DNA of 54,035 nucleotides from assembly GCA_963575745.1 (NCBI GenBank), contig CAUYUJ010000271.1:62001-116035 (forward strand), read 5' to 3'. Positions 13,260-25,206 of the stretch are shown piece by piece (the stretch's first letter is position 1; every line of letters starts with the position of its first letter). The position numbers were made by a program, and so were the translations under genes. This stretch comes from Prorocentrum cordatum. Its lineage: Eukaryota. The notes under the pieces were generated by a model, which saw nothing but the letters and a program-made list of their open reading frames with translations, made no database searches and was not told the DNA's origin.

Positions 13260-16200
13260 GTCATTCAACTAGTGTTCGCTCTTACTTGCTCGCATGCAGG
13301 GGGGCCAGGGGCGCAGCTTGGTGACACCCAACCTTCCTTTGTAGGAAACAAGGTGCGAGCAGGATCATTCCAATTGCACAAATACAACGGCCACTGGGCA
13401 GCCAGGATCAACCATAATGATTTTCTGATCATGAAAATTCAAAAACAATCCGCACCGCGGAAGCCCACTTCAGTCACGAACGGACAATGAATGACCGTTC
13501 GGCCCACTCACTCTGATGAACGCTGCTCTGCTCTCTCCCCTGGTAGTGTCCCGTGTGGGGCGCCAACTGTCTGACGGACAGTTTTCTTATCCGCATAAGA
13601 TGTCATTACGTTGTGTCCGAGGTCCTTCAGGCATTGAGCTCCCGCGGCGATTTGCTCCCGTGGTTCAGAATGGCGCTCTCGCCGTAGCGCGGCCACATTT
13701 CTGGATTCGATTCCGTTCTCGTCGTTGTCGTCCCCCTCTTCTCCTCTCCCCCGCCTTGATTTCGTTCTCGTCAACTTGGAAAGCAAAAGCTCGACGCAGC
13801 GAGTCTGGAGCGGCCGTGCCGCAACGCTGGCACGGCACCACTTCCTCGCGCAAACTCCAGTCTGGATCGACATTACCAGAGAGAGCTGAGGGTTCCAAAG
13901 AAGAGGAAGGACACCTCTGAAGGGGCCCCAGGACATACAAATAAATACACACAAATAAAACTATTCCCCGTATTTTCCAATATTTGTAGGGTTTTCGTCT
14001 TCCCCCCCACTTCCTATATTTTCCCATATTTTCCAGGGGATCGACAATTAATGGTGTCTGTGTTTTTTCCCCTCCTGAGCCCCTGTGATGCGGGACTTAA
14101 GCACTGCAAGCACATGTGGAACAGCTTGTTGCAAACATATGGGCCCACACAGCGACGATTCTGGCGCCGAGTCCGCTCAGCAGCTGAACGATCGGATGAC
14201 TCAAGTATCCCTCTTCGTCGCCGACAGCATTCTCCCTGAGACGACGCTGCTACCCAGAATGCCTTGCAGCTCGTCGGGGACTCTAGCGTTCAGGGAGGAA
14301 CGCAACGCAGCTCGCGAGAGGGGGTCGTGCGAGGAGCGCGGGCTCGCCAAACAAGTCTGGGCATCTGTGAGACAATACAGGTCGAAACAGTTGGAGAGCA
14401 ACCTCGCCACGGGGGAGAGGACGCCGACCCGGCAACTTCGGAAAGGCGCAGTCCCGGAGCACGGCTGGCTGGCAAACTCGAGTGGCGAAATCGTGGACTC
14501 GGCCCAACGCGCCGACACTATGGCGCCCAGCGGGCCGTCCAGCCGACGACATTCGGTGAGTTCGCGGACAACTTGGGTCCCCGACACCTGGCACAAGGCG
14601 CTAGCCACTGCCAATTTCAAACAAAAACAAGGACGCGATAAATGTTGACAACCCAATTTACTTTGGTGCCAACTGGATATGACATATTTGCTAGAATTGC
14701 ACTGAGCCGTCTGACAGCAGGCAGTGCTGAGCAGAGAATTTGGAGCACCCACGTCGGCCTCCAAAGGAAGGACGGGGCAGCGGACGCGTATTCCTCGTTC
14801 GTCGTTTACTTGAACGTACACGGGTAGCCTAAAAACGAGCGTTTCGTTTTGCTGGCCCTGGTTTGGGCGAAAGTATTTGACAGTATCTCGCCCGAATGCT
14901 TAATGATACCTGTCACTGGATCGGTTTGGTGACCCGCGCACGTTATACACGCCGTGCATGCCCTATGCACAGGCCGTACATGTTGTGCACGTGACGTCGG
15001 AAAAAGAATCTCAAGAATACCCGCACATGGTCGAAATCAGTCACGCGTGCCCGCTCTCTCCGTTCTTACTCGCAATATTGACGACCGTTCTGTTGCGCGA
15101 GGCAAGAGAAAGAGGCTGACCCTGGTGTGAATAGGAGCATGCACGTGCACGAACTCGTATGCACAAACGACACGCCTTTGCTAGCCACGTCAGCGGAATC
15201 AGCTGGGGCGTACAAACATGCGGTACGACGTATGGGACAGCAGTACGGTTTGCAGTTGCAGCTGCCGCAAAATAAAGCCTTGGCTGCAGGTACCGACGTG
15301 TGCATTCTCAAGCCTGACGGCGCCCCGCTCCCGCAAAGGAAAGCATCGTCTGCCCAGGTAGTTTGATTTGCGACGACGGCAGGAAAGGATCAGAGCTGTC
15401 GCGCCGCCTAGGAGCTGCATGTACAGATGGTGATAAATTGGCAATGGCATTGAGCCACTCGGTTCCCACGCAGCAGAAGAAGGTTCAGGTATTTGGGCCT
15501 TGCATTGTAGGTAATCTGCTTCAACGTCTGCACGCACCATCGTTGAACTGACAGCAGAAGCGCCGGTTGGACGCAGTCCGGGCGCCGATGTTGCGCCAGC
15601 TGTTGCGCGTTCCCCATTCATCAGCAGAGTCTCGAAGGAGATCACACTCCAGCGGGCCAACGCCCGCCCGCATTTGCTTCATCTCATTCACAGAACGCCA
15701 GGTGACGGCGCTGTGCGGTGCGCTGTACTTCAGCCCTGGTCCTCCCACCTCCTCGCCCCTCTCACCCAAACGGGGAAAGGGCGCCCATGAGCAACGTGGA
15801 GCTTTAAAAGGTACAGGCACGCCGCGAAGCAGTTCTGGCGCTGTGGCAGGACACTATTTCTTCGGCCACGACGTGGTGGGTCGCAATCAGCAAGTACTGC
15901 GATACCGTGATAATGGTTAACTATGTGCTGCTCCTGCTTGCCACCTTACGTGGGCCTCTTGCTCCTCCTGCTCTTCCTACTTCTCCTGATCCTGATGCTG
16001 CTCCTCCTCCCCCTCCTATCTTATCCTCCTCCTTATCCTCCTGATCATGCCCCTGTTCATCCGCCACCTCCTCCTTCTCCAACATACCAAGCCCCCCCCG
16101 CGCTTATACGTATCACACGATAAAACATATCATTATGGGGACCATGGTCCGGTTGGAAATCCAGCCAGCGGGCAGAAAAAGCGAGCGTGGCGCAAAAACT

Positions 16201-19200
16201 GGAGGGGATGAGTGGGAGGGGCTGGATGCCAGACAGGGCCTCGAGCGCACCCAGCTTGCATTAAGTCGGGCCTGTCCTCCTACAGGCGGATTTTGGGCGA
16301 AAAAATCAAACATACTCAAAGAATACAACCCGCTTTGGTTATTTCTTGAAAAGAAAAATCGTCCCCTGAGTATTGTTTACGATTTGTCCGACTACCTATT
16401 TGACAGGGCACGGGCGCACCCAGCTTGCACCTCCCCCTCGCAGAGGAAATAGAAACCACTGCCACGAGGAATCCATTGGGGGGGGCCGCCCCTGGGCGGT
16501 GGCACGCCCGAGCGCCGCCCAGGCTGCCGCCTCTTCCACTGGGCCTCCGTCAGGGGCACGTCTCCGGAGGGATCGGGCTCATGGGCAACTGCCAGGGGGA
16601 ATCGGCCCAGATCCGAGCTTCGACGGATTCGGGCGCTCTCCCCCTCCAACAGCGTGTCTGTAGAGGTCCTGCCTCTTCCGGGAGGCCCGATGGGCTTTCG
16701 GCGGCGGTGGTGTCTGCTTCTCCTCCGACTCCCCCCCCCTCGCTCCCCCCCCCCCCCCCTCCCCCCCCCCCCCCCCTCGCTCCCCCGAGCGCCCTGGGAT
16801 GCGCTGTGCAACCCTGGCCCCAAGCAGTGGCGCGGCCAGGGCCCCTCCGGGGGCGGAGGCCCTCGACCGGCGCTGCGGCCGCCTCGCCTCCCCCCCTCGC
16901 CTGCCCCTGCATCGCCTCAGCCCCCCTCGCCCCTTGACAGGTACCCCGTGCACAGATACCCAATGCAGATTCTGCTCTTCTGTCTCCCCCGAAGGTGGCT
17001 GCCCCCCCTCCGCGCACGGTTTTTCCACACAGGGTTTCAAGGTTTGGCAAGTACCCGCCATGGTTTTTCAATCAGAACGTGGCCGGCGTCTCAGAATGGG
17101 GCTGCCGCTGCAGCGCTAGCCTCATTTTAGGCTCGGTACTTTGCTCTCGTCGTTCCGGATGGCGCTCTCGCCACAGCGCGGCCCATTATCTTTTGGATCA
17201 AAATCTTCATCGCTGTAGCCTCCCACCCTTCCCCTCCTCCGCCTTCCCCTGGTTCTCCTGCTCCTCCCGCTACTTCTACTCTTGCTCCTGCTGTTGCCTT
17301 GTCCTCCTCCTCCTCCTTCCTCATCCTCTGCCTTTCTCGTGTGCTCCCCCTCCTGCTCATCCACTACCTCCTTCTCCGATGTACGCAGCCCCCCTTGCCC
17401 GATTGCGCCTAACACGACGGGGTCCGCTATGACACGGGCCCGTAAGGGAAGGATGTCAGATATAGCGCGAGCGCACCTGGCTTGCCCCTCGCCCCTCGCC
17501 CCTGCCCCTCCCCCCCTCGCCCCTCGCCCCTGACCCCCACAGGCGCCCGTGGAGGCGCTTAGTGGCCCCGGCTCGCGGCAGCGGCGCGGCCAGGGCCCCT
17601 CGAGGCCGTCTGGGCAGAGGTCCTCAACCTGCGCCACGGCCGCGGTGCCGAGCCGAGCTCGGGGCAGCCCAGATGTAGTCTGGGTCGTCGTCCATAGCGG
17701 GCGAAGAGGGGGGAGGGGGAGAGGCAGTAGGAGGAGGCAGGAGGAGGACGATCCAGCGGAGCAGGAGAGGGAGGAGGGGGCGGCGAGAGAGGAGGGAGGA
17801 GGAGGAAGAGGATGAGGAGGAGAGGGGAGGAAGAAGGAGGAGGAGGAGGAGGAACGGAGGAGGAGGAGGAGGCGGAGGAGGAGGAGGGGGAGAGGAGGAG
17901 GAGGAGGGAGGAGAATGATGAGGGAGAATGAGGGAGGAGGGGGGGAGGGGAGGAGAGGAGGAGGAGGAGGAGGAGGAGGAGGAGGAGGGGAGGAGAGGAG
18001 GGGAGGAGGGAGGAGAGGAGGAGGAGGAGAGAAGGAGGAGGAGGAAGAGGAGGAGGAGGAGAAGGGGAGGAGGAGGAGAAGGAGGAGGAGGAGAAGAAGG
18101 AGGAGGAGAGGAACGATGAGGAGGAGGAGGAGGAGGAGGAGGAGGAGGAGGAGGAACGATGATGATGATGATGATGATGATGATGAGGAGGAGGAGGAGG
18201 AGGAGGAGGAGGAGGAGGAGGACAGGAAGAAGAACTGGGAACCGCGCGGCAACGTGTGTGCCTCGGGCCTCCGTCCCGCCAGGGGCGACAAGCTCGAGCC
18301 GCAGGAGGAGTACGAGGAAGAAGATGATGAAGGAGGAGGAGGAGGAGGAGGAGAAGGAGGACAGGCAGCTGCAGATACCTGGTCCACGGGAAGACCAACA
18401 AGATAACAGCAATGATCCGCCGCCGTGCCTCCTCGCACGTTCAGGCGAGAAAGCATGCCAGGTGCTGCAACCTGACAGGTGTCATGCAATCTTCGGATGG
18501 ACACCCGCCCTCTCGACGCATCCAGGTGGGCACACCGCCCCCTCGCCGCAGAACGGGTGAGGCATGTTTAAGGCTGTGTGACGTGATGCTTCGCGACGTG
18601 ACGTGATGTGGCTTCGTTTCTTCTGTGATGTTCGAGCTTTCAACTTTCTGGTAATCGGCGGCGACGAGAAGAGGATGCACACTAGCTGGAGGATGACCAC
18701 TGACGTTAGATTTAGGTAAGAACTGACACGCAAACACACTAACACAAGCCCGAACGAGTCAACACAATACTAAGACCGCGCCAACAACACGTCGTGTGAG
18801 CCACGATCCCTGTGAGGGTCTCGAGAACACCGGAAACAATAACCCGCGTGAGGGCTCATCACACCAAGGTTCAAGCAATGTCGGAACTTCGGCCCTCCTC
18901 CAAGCTCAACGACCCCGCAAATTTGCAATCAATACACCACCGCGAACACCACCCCCTCATGAACCTACTCTCTGGCGAGAGTTTCGGCCTCCCGATGGCC
19001 AGGATGGCCTCCAGGGCGGCATACAAGACAGCCAAGATGACAACAAGACGGCCGAAGATGGTCTCAGACCGCTCATGAAACCCCCAAGACGGCTTCAAGG
19101 CAGCCCAATAAGTCCGCAAGACGGCCCAAGCGGATTCCAAGAGTCCCTCCAGGAGGGCCTGGAGAGGCAACAGCAACTGAGTATGTCTGGTCTTTGACTG

Positions 19201-22200
19201 ACTTTCGACGTCTCGCCTATTTGGTTTGCGACCGCCCAAGATAGCAAGCTGCCTCTGAGGTAGCTCCAAGACAACCCAAGAGGCCCCCAAGAGGGCCCAA
19301 CGTCGGCCCACGAGGCCCCCACGAGGCCCGCAAGCGGCCCCCAAGAGAACCCCGAGATGCCCCCACGAGGCACCCAAGATGCCTTAAAGTGGCGCTGAAG
19401 ACCGCCGCGAGGCCCCCGAGACGCCCCAACGTGCCTCCAACAGACCCCGAGAGGCATCCCAAGATACCCCCAAGTGGCATCCATACGCCTCTGGCCCACG
19501 GCCCCCCGAACTCTCCAACTGATGCCACGCTCCCCCGATAGGGGCAGCTCCCCTGGCCATCGTTCCTGGATGGGGTGGTGGGGGCACGCGAAGTGTTACA
19601 AATTCAAACTCCTCGATGCTACGCTGTTGCACGGGCACGGTGGCGGGACTTGCCGCAGGCAGCCGAATAACAATCATTTGCACTTGATTTCTGATTGGTC
19701 TTGATTGTTGTCAAGTGCAAGGAAACCGTCTTGTTTGTAGTGGTCTGCGAATTCAGGCTTGTATGCCTCCTAACTCCGTGCATCGATACTGTCCTGCTGC
19801 CATGCCTCCTGTTCGCTGCCCTGGGATGTACTTTATATACTGCTTATCTGTGCTCCCCGACCCCATCAAAATCGCCATATTCGCGGGGCGCTTAGCAATG
19901 AGGATACGTGGTATGATGACAACAGCGATTATAATGCCGAATGGTAACAGGATGAAGGGCTGCAGGCAGATGGCGATTGAGAAAATATATCGGATGTGAT
20001 GGTGGTGATGACTGTGATGGAGGGGCACGAACAATTGATTCAAGCATCTATGCCGAACCAGTTCCTCGCAGATGTCCTACTTATTTGCCTCCTGGCCATC
20101 ATCTATACCTGTAGTTTTGCAGTATACTCCTGTTCCCTCCCAAATCTCACCACACTCATCATGCTATGTGTGTTACTGTTGCTGGATATGCAAAAACGTC
20201 GGATGACCATTATGATGTTGTTACCAGGTTGCGATGGGGAGGGTCGACCAGATTACCAGGAACACGCAGACAAGGATAAACGATAGTTTGGCGATGACAA
20301 TGGTGATGCTGGCGCTTTATGTGCTGCTCTTGCTGCCTTCCCCCATCTCGCCACCATCGGTGAGATAGTGCTGTGGCCGTTGCCGGTTGCCCAAGAACTG
20401 ATGAGGAGCATCCTGACGATGTCAGTGGCTATGGTGAGGAAGGTCCGCAAGATGACGAGAAGCTGGCGCATGAAGAGTAAGTGAAGCTTGCCGATGCTAG
20501 TGGTGATGGTGGTGGTGAAGGGAATGAGCGAGGAACGGACTGAGGCACCTATGCCTCAAGCAAGATCTCGCTCTTATGCCCTGCCGCTCCACCCCGGGAA
20601 CAGGCTCACTCTATGTCATGTATGTCGTGCGCGTGTCTCCTTCCCAGGAGAGCCCAGAATCGAATCGATAAGTCGGATCGGCAATCGAAATGAATCGGAT
20701 CGGCGGAAAGCGGCAGCCAAGTCGGGAAAAATCGAATCGGCGGACATGGGCAGGCAAGTGTGCCTCCAGTGAGCAATCGGATCCCAAATCGGAATCCCAA
20801 GTCGAATCCAATCGATATCGGAAACCATCGAAGTCGAATCGAATCGAATCGGAAGAATCGAAACGAGCCCTGCCTTCCCCACCACGTCCCCATCAGCATG
20901 CTCCTCGGGGCCAAGCTGCTTCCTCGAGCGAATCGGCCCGCGGATGTCCTGCTTCTCTGCCTCCCGATCAAGGCCCCTGCGCTTCCGTGCGTGATCCTGC
21001 TCCTGGTGAGCTCTTCACACCATCACCATCGTACGAGTCGTAGGGAGACTGCTGCGTTCCCAAGGACGGCACGCATGCAGTATGAGGCTGCAGTGGCTGA
21101 GATGCGGATAGACAACAAGACGAAGAGCAGACAGACGAGGGACACCATGACGATGAACACGGGCGGACCGGACAGACGAGGATATGGAGAACTGTGACGA
21201 CGACGGTGGGTCTGATGATCATAATTCGGAGGATGGTCAGGCAGATGTGCAGGTCGAGGAAGATCAGGATTACTTCAGAGAATGAGGATATTGTGGCTAC
21301 ATTATTCTTGAAAACATAATGCTCGTGATGAGGATGAGGAGGAGCGACTTATGATAATGAGGAAGAGGAGGAGGAGAGAAGAGGAACAATCAGACCACGA
21401 CGATAATGTGAATTATGAAAATGGACGGCACAAATATAGCACCTCGATGCACGGGTAACACTAAGAGCCAACCACGGAGCCATACCGAGATACCACAACA
21501 CAGTGTGCAGCACTGGCTCATCATACTCTCGCTACAGATTTTTTTGCCTGCGCGCGCTCAAACGGATTATGCAATGGAATGGGTCACCTCACGAAGCGAA
21601 ACACCGCCACCGTGCGAGGAAACAACTCAAGCAACACAAACTGAAACCTCCCCCCGAGGCGGCCAAGAAGAGCAACCAAAGCTGCTCTAAGATGCCATCG
21701 AGACGGCGGCCCGAGGTGGCCCCAAGAGGGCCCGCCATTGTTTCAAGACGGTCCAACGAGCCCTCCAAGACAGCCCAGGAGGGCCACAAGAGGACCCCCA
21801 ATAGGACCCGAAGGAGCCAGCCTTAGGTTTATATACATATAGAGAGAGATACATATCTATATATATATATACATACATACATACATACATATACAGATGC
21901 AGATGCAGATATGTATATGTATATGTCCCTCGGTTGTTTGATCATTTGTCCCATCCTCACCTGTTAGGGCTTCCCCCACCTCCAGACGGCCCCAGAGGCA
22001 TCCAAAGCTGGTCCCAAGACGGCCAAAGAATTGCAAAAATCGTCCACAACAGCGTCAAGGCAGCCCGAGATGGCCCAAGACGGCCTCGAGACTGCCTCAA
22101 GAAACTTCCACTACGGACAAGAGGATCCCAACAGACGGGCCCAGAGCGCCTCATTACGGCCCAAGAGGGCCCCAAGACGGCCCAAGAAGGTCCCCAGGGA

Positions 22201-23253
22201 CCCCGAGATTGCCCCAGAGGAGCCCAAGACAGGGGAGGAGGAGGAGGAGGAGGAGGAGGAGGAGGAGGAGGAGGAGGAGGAGAAGAAGTAGGAGAGGGAG
22301 GAGGAGGGACAAAGGAACGACACACTATACTATCGCTTACTGTACATCATGTCTCGCAGTGTGCCGCGAGCTTCTCCTCAACATCATCACAAACATGGTG
22401 CTCTACATCAAAGTCGTCCACTACGATGTTCCTCCTTTGTCTGTTCCTCCCCCTCCTCCTTCTCTCCCCCTCCTCCTGCATCGTTCCCTTCGTCCTACTC
22501 CGCCCCAGGACGGCCTCACGTGACCCAACATAAAAACCCAAGACGCCCGAGCTGTAACATGTGATGGCGCTCTGACTGTCACTGCAACCGTCGACGCATT
22601 CTATAATTATCTTCAACGCCGCTCGTTTTATGTCTATAGATTGGGCCTCTCCTGGGGCGCGAATCCTCCCTGGGAGGTCCCAGGAGGCCTCAGGAGGCCC
22701 CAGGAGGCTCCTTGAGGCCCCAGGAAGCCCCAGTAGGTTTCAGGAGGCCCCAGGAGGCCCCACCCTGGGAGGACCCGGGCTCATGCGCACAGACGCGGTT
22801 CGCATTGCTGTATAGCCTCCCTGCCGCCCGCGGAGCAAATTGCCTCCGAGGGCCCCTCCGGCCCCGTCCCTCCCCCCCCTCATCCGCCGGCACGGCAGGA
22901 GACACACCGTCCGCACGGGCCACCATACAGGGCAGCTTCTGATACATAGGATGCTTTAGGAAGAAGTTTAATACATGGTTGATTTGATGCATGAATAATT
23001 TTACTTGTGATACATGATTGACTTAATACAGGATGTTTAGAACTATAGGGCGTTTAGTACATGGTTGATCTATGAAAAAATGTATGCGTGAACTCACCGT
23101 TGTTTTTAAGACTAGATCCCTGCATTTGTAATACATGATCCGCACGCGGAGCATGTATTAAAAACGGCACTGCACACAGGCTCACACCCAGACTGGATCA
23201 CATTCAAGCCGAGAGTACCGATACTCGCTCAAACTGCTCAACACACAGACGAC
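67..23253 (-). CDS. Candidate multi-exon gene of unknown function (3' part). Putative exons: 23253-23188, 18471-18379, 17628-17591, 16668-16531, 9091-9015, 4639-4584, 2105-2064, 372-350, 284-237, 130-67
   Basis: Non-repetitive islands bounded by AG|G acceptors (one exception, 4639) and G|GT, G|GC or G|GA donors join in matching phases into [75 protein letters not shown]...[110 protein letters not shown]. No family recognised; exons were chosen by eye. Confidence 0.45.
715..1590. repeat. Diverged tandem duplication, two copies (~715-1040 and ~1240-1590), separated by (CCT)n
   Basis: Shared blocks in the same order: cctgcatg..ctgatcgtg, gcacgatt.cactc, gaggccgc..cgga, gtgttat.gatc. Confidence 0.65.
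2800..2971. mobile_element. MITE, 172 bp, ~37-bp TIRs, 9-bp TSD GAACATCTG (Mutator-like TSD length)
   Basis: Left end actacctaccagaccaccccaacccaactcgaagacc matches the reverse complement of the right end, accacccaccaaaccaccccaacccaacccgaaggcc. GAACATCTG lies at 2791-2799 and 2972-2980. Confidence 0.85.
3330..3800 (-). pseudogene. Possible highly decayed non-LTR retrotransposon RT fragment
   Basis: Broken minus-strand frames give QLMYGKIRY...[15 protein letters not shown] and HSDLARVYL, loosely like the RT GI.QG.P and pre-YxDD regions. Confidence 0.3.
3962..4091. mobile_element. MITE (~130 bp), copy 1, perfect 14-bp TIR core CATCGCTCGGACGT
   Basis: TIR core at 3966-3979 and 4075-4088; flanks agcccccc / agtccccc; second copy at 47425-47551. 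Confidence 0.85.
4209..4545. repeat. (CCT/GGA)n microsatellite. Similar tracts at ~1150, 1805, 4725, 5740-6310, 17730-18360, 22235, 26995, 39085-39585, 48115, 48960
   Basis: Directly visible trinucleotide runs. Confidence 0.95.
5422..5562. repeat. (TCTG)n microsatellite
   Basis: Direct reading. Confidence 0.95.
6650..6975. repeat. 11-bp minisatellite (GGGTCGCGGGT)n, followed by an (AAC)-rich tract to ~7260
   Basis: More than 20 degenerate GTCGCGGGTGG units. Confidence 0.9.
8775..8950 (+). pseudogene. Short LINE RT N-terminal fragment
   Basis: MHASW...IP...[13 protein letters not shown], then a frameshift to [13 protein letters not shown], resembling the W..IPK..FRPI.VL region of non-LTR RTs. 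Confidence 0.4.
9586..10175. repeat. Degenerate ~55-bp tandem repeat, ~11 copies, core GGCAAGCCCTGTCCAGTAGTT
   Basis: Core recurs at ~55-bp spacing; the sequence between cores is also related (ttcc..tgg...gttcgaa). Confidence 0.85.
13915..14079 (+). mobile_element. ~165-bp dispersed element with short TIRs (ctctgaagggg / cccctcctgag), copy 1
   Basis: Homologous to 34432-34589 and ~46791-46957; lies just upstream of, or within, the decayed LINE. Confidence 0.75.
14100..15800 (+). pseudogene. Decayed non-LTR (LINE) retrotransposon ORF2, reverse transcriptase region
   Basis: Ordered RT motifs across frameshifts and stops: [77 protein letters not shown] (expected YADD, 15160-15171); [35 protein letters not shown]. 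Confidence 0.88.
18990..19665 (+). repeat. CCAAGA/GGCCCC-rich dispersed repeat (family D) ending in GGCACGGTGGCGGGACTTGCCGCAGGCAG. Related tracts at ~480, 9310, 21680, 21980, 22660, 28590, 29730
   Basis: Recurrent ccaaga(g/c)ggccc units; the terminal motif recurs at 28941-28969 and inverted at ~26811-26836. Confidence 0.7.
20655..20872. repeat. GAATCG/AATCGG-rich repeat element
   Basis: Dense gaatcg, aatcgg and gatcgg units over ~220 bp. Confidence 0.7.
22928..23172. mobile_element. AT-rich MITE (~245 bp) with CAG..CTG termini and internal AATACATG repeats
   Basis: Left end cagggcagcttctgatacat vs reverse complement of right end cagtgccgtttttaatacat; preceded by TA; subterminal hairpin taatacatgatccgc-ac-gcggagcatgtatta. 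Confidence 0.6.
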
Positions 23254-23354
23254 CTCGTGTTCAGACCCGCTGCTCTGATCCAGAATATCCAGGCGGCAGG
23301 TCCAGCCAGACGCAGGCGTGAGCACCGCAAGGCAGGTGGCACGAAGGAAGCAGA

Positions 23355-23812
23355 ACTCCCTCTGGGGCCACGAAACGTGTTCCCTACGGGGCCGCGACAT
23401 GGGCGAGGGGTGTGCCGAATAGGGGGCGGGCGCGCCATGCGAGCCCTGCCCCTGGGGCCTTCGATGGAGCCCCCCCAACGGGGCAACGAAACGCGTCAGG
23501 GGCGCGCCAAGTTGGGGGCGGGTGCGCCATGCGAGCCCTGCGGCTGGGGCCTTCGGTGGGGCTCCGTCTGGGGCCACGAAGCGCGTGGAGAGAGTGCCGA
23601 ATTAGGGGAGGGTGCGCCATGGGAGCCTTGCCGCTGGGACCTTCGGTGGAGCTCCCTATGCGGCTTCGAAGAGTGTGAGAGGTGCGCCGGCACGGACACG
23701 CGAAGGGCAGAGGCAGGGATGGGAGGAGGGACGGGGGGGAGGAGGAGCGGGAGGAGGAAGGAGTGACGGGCGCGCTGTCTCCTCAAAACGAGGACCCAAC
23801 GCCACGGGATGG
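23355..23812 (+). repeat. Family E, copy 1: ~90-bp tandem units (GGGGCCTTCGGTGGAGC..GGGCCACGAA), a GA-rich tract, then the conserved end TCAAAACGAGGACCCAA
   Basis: Same three-part layout as 38445-39637. Confidence 0.75.
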
Positions 23813-24134
23813 ATTGGACACAGATGTTAAGGACATCGTGCAGATTCAGACTCACCCACGGGCGGGGGGGGCACGTGTGTAAGCCACATTCAATTGTAGT
23901 CAAATTTGTTGTGGCCAACCACTGGAGTTCCAGGCTCATTCGGAATCTGACCCGCCCGCACTCAGATCAATCATGCTCGCATTCACTTCTCACAATCACT
24001 CACAGCGAGACCTCGTCAGACTCGCCCCTCGCATGAGACTCACTCACAAAAGGGGCTTCTCGACAGAGGCCCATGATCGCCGAGATGCAGCAAGCATGCC
24101 AGTGGGGACTCGCTAAGGGGGGTCGCCAGGAGGT

Positions 24135-24730
24135 GTTGCGCGGGCCCGTCCGCGCCCAATTTGCGGGGACTCTCTCTGGCGAAACGCGTGTGTTGGCCTA
24201 GTGGGCGGGTTTCACCACGAAGGCCAGTATTGTATTGGGGCTATTTAGAATGTTGCCGACAAGGGGTGCTTCATGGGCCAGTTCGCGCGCGGATGGCGGA
24301 AACGCATGCTTCGGCCCAGTGGACGTGTCTACCTTCGGAGCACCATGTTTTTTCCACGATGTGGTAAAGCTGGCATGTGGTCCTTCCCACAGAGGAGCCA
24401 CCACCGGGTGTACCGGGTGTGTTTCACGGGCCCGTTCGCGCCCAAATTGCGGGGACCTGTCAGGCGAAACGCTTGCTTGAGCCCAGGACGAATCTTTTCT
24501 CGGGCCCCCATGACCACCGCGAAGTAGCAGGCATTGCATTCTGCGTTTTCCAGAAGGGAAGCCGCCGATGGGTCTTGCCTGGGCCCTTCTGCGCCCAGAT
24601 TGCGGGAACTTTTCAGGCAAAGCGCATGTTTCGGCACAGTGGGCGAGTTTCTTTTCGGAGCCCCATGATGTGAAGCGAAACGCCTGTTCTTGGGCCCACT
24701 GGACATGTATCTCTTCAGAGCCACATGATT
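24135..24730. repeat. Degenerate ~145-bp tandem repeat, 4 copies
   Basis: gggccc.t.cgcgccca.attgcggg ... gaaacgc..g.ttcggcccagtgg-like units at ~24142, 24275, 24428 and 24581. Confidence 0.75.
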
Positions 24731-25206
24731 GCCGCGATGTATGAGGCAAAGCACTTGGGCCTCCCAAAGGTGAGGCACCGTTAGCGCCTAGAGTGTAAGG
24801 CTTTCTGGCCTGTTTCGGCCCAGTGGACGTGCAGCTTCTTCCCAGAGCCTCAAGATCACCTCGAAGTAGTCGGCGCGTCCTTCATGTCACCCATGGAAAC
24901 GGAAGAGAATTGCAACACAGCCGAGACTGGCAAGGGACAACCAATGTTCACCAGGAGGCCACGGGAGCAACTGGAACAATCAAAGAACACCAAAAACAAC
25001 TGGGAGTGCAGACAACCAGGGATACCAAACACAGCCAGGAATTGGGAGGAATCGCCAGGAGGGCCCAGGGGACACTGGATCAACCGGACACAGCCAGAAA
25101 CAGTCAAAGACAGCCAACAGGCGTTCCACTGAAGCCATAGGCAGTTGTGCCCTCGAACGTGGCCAGAGCAGGTTCTGGTTTCAAGCGTATCATGTGTACT
25201 TCGTGA

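Larger units (their letters stand above)
7260..13450 (+). repeat. Tandem array of a 600-900-bp repeat (family A). Units start at ~7265, 10865, 11795, 12385 and 13270 (truncated); the first unit is interrupted by 7884-10744
   Basis: Each unit follows an (AAC)n run, starts with ttcgctct..cct.c.cgc, and contains attcctga.tgtcgagggcgcgg (missing in the truncated unit) and gcgcag.ttggtg. Confidence 0.85.
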
